Shown here in pieces: positions 9,854-19,350 of a DNA stretch of 64,000 nucleotides. A program made the translations under genes and the position numbers. The notes under the pieces were generated by a model. The model had not been told where the DNA came from. It worked only from the letters and a program-made list of their open reading frames with translations, and made no database searches. Source of the stretch: Bacilli bacterium (lineage in GTDB: Bacteria; Bacillota_I; Bacilli_A; RF39; UBA660); NCBI GenBank assembly GCA_025992315.1, contig DAJPHG010000001.1, positions 810,070 to 874,069 on the forward strand, read 5' to 3'. Numbering within the stretch: position 1 is the stretch's first letter; each line of letters begins with the position of its first letter.

Positions 9854-11066
9854 AGAATTGATCACTACAACATATTTAATTGCTACTTTAATTTTATTGT
9901 TTATAGGAATGATATTTATATATTTTCAAGTAATATTATTTCAGGATTATATGTATATATTTTATGGTTTATCTTTAATCAGCATTCCTATAATGTTTAT
10001 AAATAAAATAAGATTTAAAGATATTTATCCTATTTGTATATTTTTACTAGTATTATACTTATCTTCACTATTTTCGGGAGATTTTAATCAATCGTTATTT
10101 GGATTTAGTGGTAGATATGAGGGATTGTTATCATTTATTAGTTATGCATTATTGTTTATGTGTGCGACTAGTATTAAAAATGAAAAATATAAAAAATATG
10201 TTATAAATACAATTTTCTGTGTAGGAATAGGAAATATTTTATTTGCAACTTTACAAAACTTTAGAATTATAGAGTATAATCATTTATATCCAAAATCTTT
10301 ACTTGGCAATTCTAATTCTTATGCAACTTTATGTTTAATGAGTTCTATTTTAGCTTTGGGAATGTTTTTATATAATAAAAAGAGAATTTATCTTATTTTA
10401 TTTATCGCTTTTGTATATGGTCTTTTATTAAGTGGATCTATGGGATGTTTATTAGCATTTATTATTACTTTAGTAATATGGTTTATATATAATTTATGTA
10501 TTAAAAAAATAAAAATATCTAAAAGATCGATAAAAATTAGTTTGGCAGTAATTTCTATTATATTAATCTTTTATTTTATATTAAATCTAGGAAATAATAA
10601 TCATTTAACTAGAGATATAATAGAGTATAAAAACGACTTTATTAATTTATTATCAGGACAGGTTAGTGATAGACTGGGGAATAATAGATTTCAAATATGG
10701 AAAGGAGTATTAGCAATAACACCTCAATATTTATTACATGGAACTGGTGTTGATCGACTTGCATATGCTCTAAATGAAGTTGGTTTTGTTTTAAATACTG
10801 GAGAATTGGTAGATAAAGCTCATTGCGAGTATTTACAATTATTAGTTACAGGTGGAATATTTGCTTTAGCTTCATATATTTATTTTTTAATAATTGCTTT
10901 GATTAAATCTTTTAGAAATGCTAAGAATAATAAATTATTTTTAGCAATATTCTTTACAATTATAGCTTATTTACTTCAAGCTTTTGTTGGTATTAGTGTA
11001 ACTAGAGTAGCTTATATATTTTATATAATAATGGGCTTAGGATATAATAAAGGAAATGAGGGTTAA
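9840..11066 (+). CDS. O-antigen ligase / Wzy-type polymerase family membrane protein
   Basis: About 11 TM helices; Wzy_C-like loop RLGNNRFQIWKGVL...HGTGVD...AHCEYLQLLVTGG. Confidence 0.6.
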   Translation: MKKNKELITTTYLIATLILLFIGMIFIYFQVILFQDYMYIFYGLSLISIPIMFINKIRFKDIYPICIFLLVLYLSSLFSGDFNQSLFGFSGRYEGLLSFISYALLFMCATSIKNEKYKKYVINTIFCVGIGNILFATLQNFRIIEYNHLYPKSLLGNSNSYATLCLMSSILALGMFLYNKKRIYLILFIAFVYGLLLSGSMGCLLAFIITLVIWFIYNLCIKKIKISKRSIKISLAVISIILIFYFILNLGNNNHLTRDIIEYKNDFINLLSGQVSDRLGNNRFQIWKGVLAITPQYLLHGTGVDRLAYALNEVGFVLNTGELVDKAHCEYLQLLVTGGIFALASYIYFLIIALIKSFRNAKNNKLFLAIFFTIIAYLLQAFVGISVTRVAYIFYIIMGLGYNKGNEG

Positions 11067-11067
11067 T

Positions 11068-11459
11068 ATGGAAAAATTTATTAATTATTATAATTCACCA
11101 TTAGGTAAAATTGCTTTAAGCAGTGATAAAGAATATTTAACAGGCTTGTGGTTTGTTATATTTGATGAAGCTAAAAAATGGTTAGATATTTACTTTACAG
11201 GACAAAATCCTTCATTTATTCCTAAATATAAATTTGAAAATTTAACACCTTTTAAGAAAAGAGTTTTTGATATATTAAATGAAATATCTTATGGAAAAAT
11301 AATTACTTATAATGATATAGTTCAAAAATATGTTTAATTGTTCCTTGTCATAGAGTAATTGGGATAACTGGATATGGTGGAGGTATTGAAAATAAAATGG
11401 AGTTATTAAAATTAGAAGATGTCGATACAACTAAAATGTTTATAAAAAAGGAATACTAA
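11068..11459 (+). pseudogene. ogt: Methylated-DNA-protein-cysteine methyltransferase (ogt) pseudogene with an internal deletion of about 50 bp plus a frameshift
   Basis: The N-terminal frame (SPLGKIAL...LTPFKKRVFDILNEISYGKIITYNDIVQKY) stops at 11335-11337. The active-site segment IVPCHRVIGITGYGGGIENKMELL is in another frame (11316-11459). The RAVGxAxGxNP segment between them is missing. Confidence 0.6.
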
Positions 11460-11460
11460 A

Positions 11461-12036
11461 ATGAATAGATGTAAATGGTGTAATTTAAATAATAAAAAAT
11501 ACATAGAATATCATGATAAAGAATGGGGTGTTTTAAATACAAATGATTATTATTTATTTGAAATACTTATATTAGAATCTTTCCAAGCTGGATTATCTTG
11601 GGAATGTGTGCTTAATAAAAGAGAAAATTTTAAGAAAGCATATGATAATTTTGACTATGAAAAAGTTGCATTGTATGATGAGGCAAAAATTAATGAACTT
11701 GCAAATAATAAAAGTATTATAAGAAATAAACTAAAAATAAGAGCAAGTATAAATAATGCAATAATATTTAAAACTATTTTAAATGATTATGGAAGTTTTT
11801 ATAACTATTTAAAAGCATTTACTGATAATAAAATAATTTATGAAGTAAATAAAACTAAATCTAGTTTATCAGATGTAATTTCTAAAGATTTAACAAAAAG
11901 AGGAATGAAATTTGTTGGAACAACTATAATCTATTCTTTTTTACAAGCAATTGGTATAATATATTCGCATGACAAAGAATGCTTTTTATATAAGGAGGAT
12001 AATGATGAAAAGAATCAAGAAAATATTTCAAAGTAA
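11461..12036 (+). CDS. tag: DNA-3-methyladenine glycosylase I
   Basis: CKWC...YHDKEWGV...LFEILILESFQAGLSWECVLNKRENFKKAY...IIRNKLKI Tag signature. Confidence 0.8.
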   Translation: MNRCKWCNLNNKKYIEYHDKEWGVLNTNDYYLFEILILESFQAGLSWECVLNKRENFKKAYDNFDYEKVALYDEAKINELANNKSIIRNKLKIRASINNAIIFKTILNDYGSFYNYLKAFTDNKIIYEVNKTKSSLSDVISKDLTKRGMKFVGTTIIYSFLQAIGIIYSHDKECFLYKEDNDEKNQENISK

Positions 12037-12658
12037 TTACATATGGATAGTATGTTTTGTTTGTCTAATTTTATTTTTAGCTTTAGCAGAAGATGTGTTT
12101 AATAAAGATCTAATGAGAGGGGATGTATTTGGTTATAATTTTATAGCTAAATATTTAATTCATAATTCTCTTACTCCAATAGTTAAAGGAATAACATTTT
12201 TTGGAGGAGTAGTCTGGTTATTAATATTAACTATTCTCTTAGTAATTTTTATAAAAAATAGGAAAATAAAGATATTAATTTGTTCTAATTTAGTAATTAT
12301 AACATTACTAAATCAAGTACTTAAATTTATTTTAGAAAGACCTAGACCAACTGAATATAGAATTATTAATGAAACTGGATATAGTTTTCCATCTGGCCAT
12401 TCAATGATTAGCATGGCTTTCTATGGCTTTTTAATATATTTAATTTATAAATATGTAAAAAATAAGTATCTGAAAATATTTTCTATCTGTGGTATGTCTT
12501 TATTAATAGTAATGATAGGAATTAGTAGAATCTATTTAGGAGTGCATTATACAAGTGATGTAATAGGAGGATTCTTAATTTCAATATCATATTTAATAGT
12601 CTTTATTAAATTCAGTAATAAATATATTTTAAAGGAAGCGGTTGTACATGAAAAATAA
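12002..12658 (+). CDS. PAP2-family phosphatase, probably a BcrC-type undecaprenyl-pyrophosphate phosphatase; start taken at ATGATG after a GGAGG RBS
   Basis: KFILERPRP, PSGHS, SRIYLGVHYTSD: the three PAP2 motifs; multiple TM helices. Confidence 0.7.
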   Translation: MMKRIKKIFQSNYIWIVCFVCLILFLALAEDVFNKDLMRGDVFGYNFIAKYLIHNSLTPIVKGITFFGGVVWLLILTILLVIFIKNRKIKILICSNLVIITLLNQVLKFILERPRPTEYRIINETGYSFPSGHSMISMAFYGFLIYLIYKYVKNKYLKIFSICGMSLLIVMIGISRIYLGVHYTSDVIGGFLISISYLIVFIKFSNKYILKEAVVHEK

Positions 12659-13013
12659 GAAAGTTATAAATAGTTTTAAGTATGCATTTGAAGGAATATT
12701 TAGTTGCTTTAAAACGGAAAGAAATATGAAAATTCATTTAAGTATTATGATTTTAGTTATTATAATGGGAACTTATTTTAAAATATCGGTATTTGAATGG
12801 GTCGCTTGTGTAACTTGTTTTGCTTTAGTAATGGGTGGAGAAATGTTTAATACTTCTATTGAAACTATTGTAGATATGGTTATGCCTAGTAAAAATGAAA
12901 AAGCTAAAAAAGCAAAAGATGTAGCAGCAGGAGGAGTTTTAATATTTGCTATATTTTCAGCAATAGTAGGATTGATAATATTTCTTCCTAAGATTATAGC
13001 ATTGTTTAGATAA
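12642..13013 (+). CDS. dgkA: Undecaprenol/diacylglycerol kinase (DgkA family)
   Basis: GGEMFNTSIETIVDMV...AKDVAAGGVLIFAIFSAIVG DgkA motifs; 3 TM helices; about 120 aa. Confidence 0.7.
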   Translation: MYMKNKKVINSFKYAFEGIFSCFKTERNMKIHLSIMILVIIMGTYFKISVFEWVACVTCFALVMGGEMFNTSIETIVDMVMPSKNEKAKKAKDVAAGGVLIFAIFSAIVGLIIFLPKIIALFR

Positions 13014-13025
13014 AAATATATGTTT

Positions 13026-13053
13026 AAGCTTTCAAAATTTGAAAGTTTTTTTA
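13026..13053 (+). terminator. Rho-independent terminator after dgkA
   Basis: AAGCTTTC-aaaattt-GAAAGTTT hairpin followed by a T-tract. Confidence 0.5.
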
Positions 13054-13110
13054 TATTTATATAATAATTTTGCTATAATTTATTTAGAGAAAGGTGTGTT
13101 CTTTAAAATA

Positions 13111-13869
13111 ATGAAAAAAGTAATAGAAGTATTAAATTTAACAAAGGAATATAAGACTAAAAAAGCCATTGATGATTTATCATTTAATGTTTATGAAGGA
13201 GAAATACTGGGCTTATTGGGACCTAATGGAAGTGGGAAAAGTACCACTATAAATTGTTTATTAACATTATTAAAATATAATGGTATTATAAAAATATTTG
13301 GTGAAGAAATGTCTCCCAGTGCTTATGAATTAAAATCGAAAATTGGTGTTATATTTCAAGATGTTGCAGTGTTTAATGAATTGAATGTTTATGATAATAT
13401 TAATTATTTTTGTGGGTTATATATAAAAGATAAAAATATTAGAAAAAAATATGTTGATGATGCTATTAAATTAGTTGGTTTGACTGAATATAAAAAATAT
13501 TTACCTAAGCAATTATCTGGAGGATTATTAAGAAGATTAAATATTGCTTGTGGGATAGCTCATAAACCTAAACTGATATTTCTTGATGAGCCGACTGTTG
13601 CTGTAGATCCTCAAAGTAGAAATAATATTTTGGAACAAATAAAAAAACTTAGAGATGATGGTGCAACTATAGTTTATACTACTCATTACATGGAAGAAGT
13701 AGAGATGTTATGTGATCGTATTATTATTTTAGATAAAGGTAAAATAATTGCTCAAGGAACAAGTGATGAATTAAAGAAAAAAGCCAATATTAAAGAAACG
13801 GTTCAAAAAGTAGGACCAACACTAAATGATGTTTTCTTAAAACTTACAGGAAAGGAATTAAGAGATTAA
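13111..13869 (+). CDS. ABC transporter ATP-binding protein. Start at MKKVIEVLNL; the 13039 start in the ORF track adds a spurious extension.
   Basis: Walker A GPNGSGKST, signature LSGGLLRRL, Walker B LIFLDEPT. Confidence 0.8.
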   Translation: MKKVIEVLNLTKEYKTKKAIDDLSFNVYEGEILGLLGPNGSGKSTTINCLLTLLKYNGIIKIFGEEMSPSAYELKSKIGVIFQDVAVFNELNVYDNINYFCGLYIKDKNIRKKYVDDAIKLVGLTEYKKYLPKQLSGGLLRRLNIACGIAHKPKLIFLDEPTVAVDPQSRNNILEQIKKLRDDGATIVYTTHYMEEVEMLCDRIIILDKGKIIAQGTSDELKKKANIKETVQKVGPTLNDVFLKLTGKELRD

Positions 13870-15023
13870 TGTTTGTTCATAATTTAAAATATACAATTAA
13901 AAGTTTATTTAAAAATAAAGTTTTGATTTTTTGGACATTTGCTTTTCCTATTATACTTGGTATATTTTTTAATATGGCATTTTCTAATATCGAAAAAGAT
14001 GAAAAATTACAAATATTTGATATAGCTGTTGTTAATAATAAAGATTTAATTTATAAAGAAGCATTAAATGAACTATCAAATAAAAATAATAAAGATAGAT
14101 TGTTTAATATAAAGTATGTAAATCAAAATAAAGCTGATAAATTATTAGATGATAACAAAATAGAAGGATATTTATTATTTAAGGATAATAAACCTAATAT
14201 AGTAGTAAAAGAAAGTGGAACTAATCAAACAATATTGAAATTAGTAGTTAATGAAATAGAAGAAAATAAAATTATAATAAATAATTTAACCAAAGAAGAA
14301 ATTATTAATGGAAACCAAGATAATCCTGAAATTATAGCAAAAAATATTTTCGCAAAGATAAATAGAAAAACAGTTAATTTTAAAAATATTTCTAATTCAA
14401 ATTTAAGTTATATGATGATAGAATTTTATACTTTAATAGCTATGGCATGTATGTATGGAGGAATGCTGGGGTTGACTGCAATTAATAATTGTTTAGCAAA
14501 TATGAGCAGTAAAGGGAAAAGGATATCTATCTCTCCAACTAAGAAAAGCGTTATTGTAACTAGTTCTTTAATTGGATCTTATATTGTTAGTTTAATTGGA
14601 ATAAGTTTACTTTTATTATTTTTAATATTTATTATTCATGTTGATTTTGGTACTAAAATACCATTAATTATTCTTTTAACTTTAATAGGAGATTTGGCTG
14701 GTATATCTTTAGGAGTATTAATTGCTTCCTGCTTTAAGGTAAATGAAGGAGCTAAGACTGGTATTACAATAGCAATAACAATGTTCCTATCTGTTTTATC
14801 AGGCATGATGGGTGTAACTTTAAAATATGTTATTGATACTAATCTGCCAATTATTAATAAATTAAATCCTAATAATTTAATTACTGATGGTTTCTATTCA
14901 CTATATTATTATGATACGTTAAATAGATATTGGAATAATTTACTAGGATTAATTATATTTGTTATTTTATGTTTATCGATATCTTTTATCAGTTTAAGGA
15001 GAGAAAAGTATGATAGTATTTAA
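13869..15023 (+). CDS. ABC-2 type transporter permease
   Basis: N-terminal TM helix, extracytoplasmic domain, then a 5-TM bundle; coupled to the ATPase. Confidence 0.5.
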   Translation: MFVHNLKYTIKSLFKNKVLIFWTFAFPIILGIFFNMAFSNIEKDEKLQIFDIAVVNNKDLIYKEALNELSNKNNKDRLFNIKYVNQNKADKLLDDNKIEGYLLFKDNKPNIVVKESGTNQTILKLVVNEIEENKIIINNLTKEEIINGNQDNPEIIAKNIFAKINRKTVNFKNISNSNLSYMMIEFYTLIAMACMYGGMLGLTAINNCLANMSSKGKRISISPTKKSVIVTSSLIGSYIVSLIGISLLLLFLIFIIHVDFGTKIPLIILLTLIGDLAGISLGVLIASCFKVNEGAKTGITIAITMFLSVLSGMMGVTLKYVIDTNLPIINKLNPNNLITDGFYSLYYYDTLNRYWNNLLGLIIFVILCLSISFISLRREKYDSI

Positions 15024-16158
15024 GACTATATTAAAAATATTAAATAAATTAAAAGGAATGCTAATACTATATACTGTTATGTTAATACTTATAACTGTAT
15101 TAACGCAAACTTCAGATAATAATCTAGCTAAGTTTGAAGAAAGTAAACCTGATATTTTAATAATTAATAAAGATGAACAAAGTGATTTAACAAATAATTT
15201 TGTAAAATATTTAGCGAAACATGCTAATTTAGCTGATATCGATATTAAAGATGAAGAAAAAATAAATGATGCTTTATTTTATAGAGATGTAAATTATGTA
15301 ATATATATTCCCAAAAATTTTACAAATGATATATTACAAGGCAAAAAACCTATAATGAATTATAAATCAACTAATGATGAATCTGCTTCTTATAGTCAAA
15401 TGTTAGTAAACAAATATATTAAAACGGCGTTAATTTATAAAGATTATTATCAAGCAAATGATTTGATAAAAAAAATAAATGAAACACTAAGTACTAATAC
15501 TAATGTTAAAATTAAAACACATTTAGATACATCAAAAGTAAGTGCAGCAACTAGATATTTTAATTTTCTAAATTATGCTTTTCTAGCAGGTTGTGTTTAT
15601 TGTATAAGTATGATTTTAGCTAGTTTAAAAGAGGGAAATGTTAATAGAAGAACTATAATTAGTAGCTATAGTTTAAGAAAATATAATAGAATAGTTCTAT
15701 TGTCAAATGCATGTGTTATTTTTCTAATGTGGCTGTTCTATATGATTTTAAGTTTTATTTTATTTAAAAAGCTAATGGTTAGTTTTAATGGTATATTATA
15801 TATGATAAATTCTTTAGTTTTTGCATTCTGCGGTTTAACAATAGGATTTTTAATTGGAAATATAACTCAGAATAAAAATGCTATTGGAGGAATTGTTAAT
15901 GTAGTAGCATTAGGATCTTCATTTCTTTGTGGCTGTTTTGTACCAATTAGTTATTTACCAAATTATGTTTTAAAAATTGCTAAAATATTACCATCATATT
16001 ATTTTGTAACTAATAATGAATTAACTAAAAGTATAGAAATCTTTAGTTGGAGTAATATTAAGCCATTATTTATAAATAATATTGTTATAATATGTTTTGG
16101 TATTTTGTTTATAGTAATAACAAATTTTATAAATAAGAAAAAACAAATTATTAATTGA
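15010..16158 (+). CDS. ABC-2 type transporter permease (second subunit)
   Basis: Same architecture as the previous gene; overlapping start. Confidence 0.5.
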   Translation: MIVFKTILKILNKLKGMLILYTVMLILITVLTQTSDNNLAKFEESKPDILIINKDEQSDLTNNFVKYLAKHANLADIDIKDEEKINDALFYRDVNYVIYIPKNFTNDILQGKKPIMNYKSTNDESASYSQMLVNKYIKTALIYKDYYQANDLIKKINETLSTNTNVKIKTHLDTSKVSAATRYFNFLNYAFLAGCVYCISMILASLKEGNVNRRTIISSYSLRKYNRIVLLSNACVIFLMWLFYMILSFILFKKLMVSFNGILYMINSLVFAFCGLTIGFLIGNITQNKNAIGGIVNVVALGSSFLCGCFVPISYLPNYVLKIAKILPSYYFVTNNELTKSIEIFSWSNIKPLFINNIVIICFGILFIVITNFINKKKQIIN

Positions 16159-16172
16159 TAAGGAAGATAATT

Positions 16173-16880
16173 ATGATAGAAATAAAAAATTTAACTAAGA
16201 TATATAATAATAAAAAAGTAGTGGATGATATTTCATTCACTGTTAATGATAAAGAAATATTTGCTTTTATAGGTCATAATGGAGCTGGTAAAACAACTAC
16301 TATAAAATCGATAGTAGGAATAAATGATTTTGATAGTGGAGAAATATTAATCAATGGTAAATCTATTAAGACACAGTCATTAGAAGCTAAAAAAGTTATA
16401 GCTTATGTACCTGATAATCCAGATCTTTATGAAAATATGAGAGCAATAGATTTTATTAATTTCATCTGCGATATGTATGAAATAGATGAAGAAAAAAGAC
16501 AAAATAGAATTTTAAAATATGCTAAGTTATTAGAAATTGAAGATAAATTAAATGATGAAATATCTTCGTTCTCACATGGTATGAAACAAAAAATCGCCAT
16601 TATTTCAGCATTAGCACATGATCCGGATATTTTAATAATGGATGAACCATTTGTAGGATTAGATCCAAAAGCAGTTTATGATTTAAAAAATATTATGAAG
16701 GAAATGTGTCAAAATAATAAAACAATTTTCTTTTCAACTCATATATTAGATGTTGCTGAAAAGTTATGTGATAGAGTGGCAATTATCAAGAATGGAAAAA
16801 TTGTAAAAGTAGGTAAGATGAAAGATATTAAAGGTGATGAATCTTTAGAAACTGTTTTTCTGGAGTTGGAGGATAAGTAA
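16173..16880 (+). CDS. ABC transporter ATP-binding protein (second ATPase of the cluster)
   Basis: GHNGAGKTT Walker A, FSHGMKQK signature, ILIMDEP Walker B; RBS AAGGAAG. Confidence 0.8.
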   Translation: MIEIKNLTKIYNNKKVVDDISFTVNDKEIFAFIGHNGAGKTTTIKSIVGINDFDSGEILINGKSIKTQSLEAKKVIAYVPDNPDLYENMRAIDFINFICDMYEIDEEKRQNRILKYAKLLEIEDKLNDEISSFSHGMKQKIAIISALAHDPDILIMDEPFVGLDPKAVYDLKNIMKEMCQNNKTIFFSTHILDVAEKLCDRVAIIKNGKIVKVGKMKDIKGDESLETVFLELEDK

Positions 16881-18478
16881 TGATGAAGATGGTATCTTTA
16901 TTAAAAGCAATGATGAGTCAAGATATGAATCTATTTAAATATAAAGTTAAGGGCTCGAATAATATTAAGAAAGTAATTTTAATACTACTGCTTAGCATTG
17001 TATTTATGAGTGCTATTGGAAGTTATTATTTTATGCTTGCAAAAATGTTAAGAAAAATTGAGTTAACATTTATCATGTTAACTATAGCTTTATTAATTCC
17101 TTCAATCTTTACTTTAATAGAAGGCATATATAAATCTCAGGGTATTTTATTTGATGCTAAAGATAATGATTTATTATTTTCACTACCAATTAAAAAGAGA
17201 ACAATTATAACAGCTAGACTTATTAAAATGTATATCTTTCAATTTATTTATAATTTAATTTTTATTTTACCAGCATTGGTAATTTATATTTATTTAGAAA
17301 GCCCTGGTTTTAATTTTTATTTTCTATCATTAATAATGATGGCTCTTGTCCCTATAATACCAACTATTATTGCTTGTTTTATAGGAGCTATAATTAAAAA
17401 TGTATCTATTAAATTTAAAGCTAAGAAAACTGTTCAAATTATTTTAACTTTTGCATTGTTTTTTGGAATTTATTTTCTATCATTAAATAGTAATAACTGG
17501 CTAAATGCTATTGTAAAGAATGCAACAAGTATAAATGATGCAATAACAAAGATTTATTATCCAATTGGTGCTTATATAAATTTAATTCAGCATTTTGATT
17601 TATTAATATTCATGAAATTATTATTAATTAATTTTATTCCTTTAATAATTTTTATTTTAATACTTAATAAATCTTATTTTAAAACTATATCAAAAACTAA
17701 AGAATCTAGTTTAGTGAATAATAATACTAAACTTAAATTTAGAAAGAGGAGTATTATTAAGGCATTAGTTTTAAAAGAAGCAAAAAAATATTTTTCTTCG
17801 CCTGTATATATATTTAATACAATGTTTGGATTACTTTTAATGATTATATTTACTATAGCAATTTGTGTAAACTTTAAAGGCACTATGTCTATTATGTTAA
17901 ATTTATCAAATAAAGATTTAGTTTTTTTAGTATCAATTGTTCCAAAAGTATATTATTGTATTATTATATTACTGACTTTTATGACTTCAATAACATCGTC
18001 ATCTATTTCAATAGAAGGAAAAAGCTTTAATATTTCTAAAAGTTTACCAATTAGTATTGAAAAATCAATTGCTGCTAAAATAATATTTAGTTGTTTAATC
18101 ATGATTCCTATTATATTAATTTGCAACTTAATATTTATTATAAATTTTAAAGTAAAGATATTAGATTTTTTAGCTATTTTCTTAATAAGTTTTATAGCAC
18201 CATTTATATCATCATGTCTAGGTTTAATAATTAATCTAAAATACCCAAAAATGAATTTTACATCTGATACTGAAGTTGTTAAACAAAGCATGAGTTCTAT
18301 AATATCTGTTTTATTAGGCATATTAATGGCGATGGCTTTAATAGGAATGTTCTTTATTAAAATTAATTTAAATTATGTAGTTTGGATTCAGCTATTATTA
18401 CTAATATTAGTTTCATTTGTTTTAATTGTCATTTTGAAAAAGTATGGTATTAAAAAGTATAGAGAAATAGAAATTTGA
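16880..18478 (+). CDS. Large polytopic membrane protein, putative ABC permease partner
   Basis: 532 aa, 12 or more hydrophobic helices; ATGA overlap with the preceding ATPase. Confidence 0.4.
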   Translation: MMKMVSLLKAMMSQDMNLFKYKVKGSNNIKKVILILLLSIVFMSAIGSYYFMLAKMLRKIELTFIMLTIALLIPSIFTLIEGIYKSQGILFDAKDNDLLFSLPIKKRTIITARLIKMYIFQFIYNLIFILPALVIYIYLESPGFNFYFLSLIMMALVPIIPTIIACFIGAIIKNVSIKFKAKKTVQIILTFALFFGIYFLSLNSNNWLNAIVKNATSINDAITKIYYPIGAYINLIQHFDLLIFMKLLLINFIPLIIFILILNKSYFKTISKTKESSLVNNNTKLKFRKRSIIKALVLKEAKKYFSSPVYIFNTMFGLLLMIIFTIAICVNFKGTMSIMLNLSNKDLVFLVSIVPKVYYCIIILLTFMTSITSSSISIEGKSFNISKSLPISIEKSIAAKIIFSCLIMIPIILICNLIFIINFKVKILDFLAIFLISFIAPFISSCLGLIINLKYPKMNFTSDTEVVKQSMSSIISVLLGILMAMALIGMFFIKINLNYVVWIQLLLLILVSFVLIVILKKYGIKKYREIEI

Positions 18479-18526
18479 ATGATATTAGAATATATTAATT
18501 AGTTTTAACTATTTAATAGCTTATAA

Positions 18527-18555
18527 AAGATAATTAAAAAAATTATCTTTTTTTG
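18527..18555 (+). terminator. Rho-independent terminator after the ABC cluster
   Basis: AAGATAATT-aaaaa-AATTATCTT followed by TTTTT. Confidence 0.55.
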
Positions 18556-18583
18556 TTATAATACATATTAAAGGAGAAAATTT

Positions 18584-19255
18584 ATGTTAACAGTAAATAA
18601 AAAAGGATTACTTATTGTAGTATCGGGGCCTAGTGGAGCTGGTAAGGATACGATATGTCAAAATTTATTAAAAAGTACTAAAGACGCATGGCTATCTATA
18701 TCAATGACAACTAGAAAGCCTAGACCACAAGAAAAAAATGAAGTTGACTATTATTTTGTTTCAAAAGAAGAGTTTGAAAAAAGAATTAATGATCATATAT
18801 TTTTAGAATATGCAATGTATAATGATAACTATTATGGTACGCCAAAAGATAAAGTAGAAGAGCATTTGAACAAAGGAATAGATGTTATTTTAGTAATTGA
18901 TATAAAGGGTGCAATAAATATTAAAAAGCTAGTACCATCAGCTTTGTTTATATTTATAATGCCACCGGATATGAGAACACTTAAAAATAGATTAATTAAT
19001 CGTAAAACAGAAAATAAAGAAAAAGTTATTAATCGTTTTAAAACAGCTTATAATGAAATAAATAATTACAAAAAATATAATTATGTTGTTGTTAATGATA
19101 ATATAGAAGACTGTACTTTGAAGGTAAAATCTATAATAACTGCTGAAAAATGTAGAGTGGATAGAATAGAAGATATTGCTTTGGGTAATCAAGAAGAATT
19201 GATTCATGAAATATTAATTGATAAAAACTTTGTCAATGATGATATTAAATTATAA
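18584..19255 (+). CDS. gmk: Guanylate kinase
   Basis: VVSGPSGAGKDT P-loop; YYFVSKEEFE...FLEYAMYNDNYYGT Gmk motifs. Confidence 0.8.
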   Translation: MLTVNKKGLLIVVSGPSGAGKDTICQNLLKSTKDAWLSISMTTRKPRPQEKNEVDYYFVSKEEFEKRINDHIFLEYAMYNDNYYGTPKDKVEEHLNKGIDVILVIDIKGAINIKKLVPSALFIFIMPPDMRTLKNRLINRKTENKEKVINRFKTAYNEINNYKKYNYVVVNDNIEDCTLKVKSIITAEKCRVDRIEDIALGNQEELIHEILIDKNFVNDDIKL

Positions 19256-19283
19256 AGAATTATAAAATATATAATTCTTTTTT
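19256..19283 (+). terminator. Rho-independent terminator after gmk
   Basis: AGAATTAT-aaaatat-ATAATTCT followed by TTTTT. Confidence 0.55.
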
Positions 19284-19350
19284 AATTATTTAATATATTA
19301 ATTCATATGGTATAATTAATTTGTTAGTAATCTTTATGAAGGAGTAGTTT

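Noticed and set aside
13039-13110. Upstream ATG extension of the first ABC ATPase (MKVFLYLYNNFAIIYLEKGVFFKI)
   Set aside because: It overlaps the dgkA terminator hairpin and has no RBS. ATG 13111 has a proper RBS and gives the canonical N-terminus MKKVIEVLNL.
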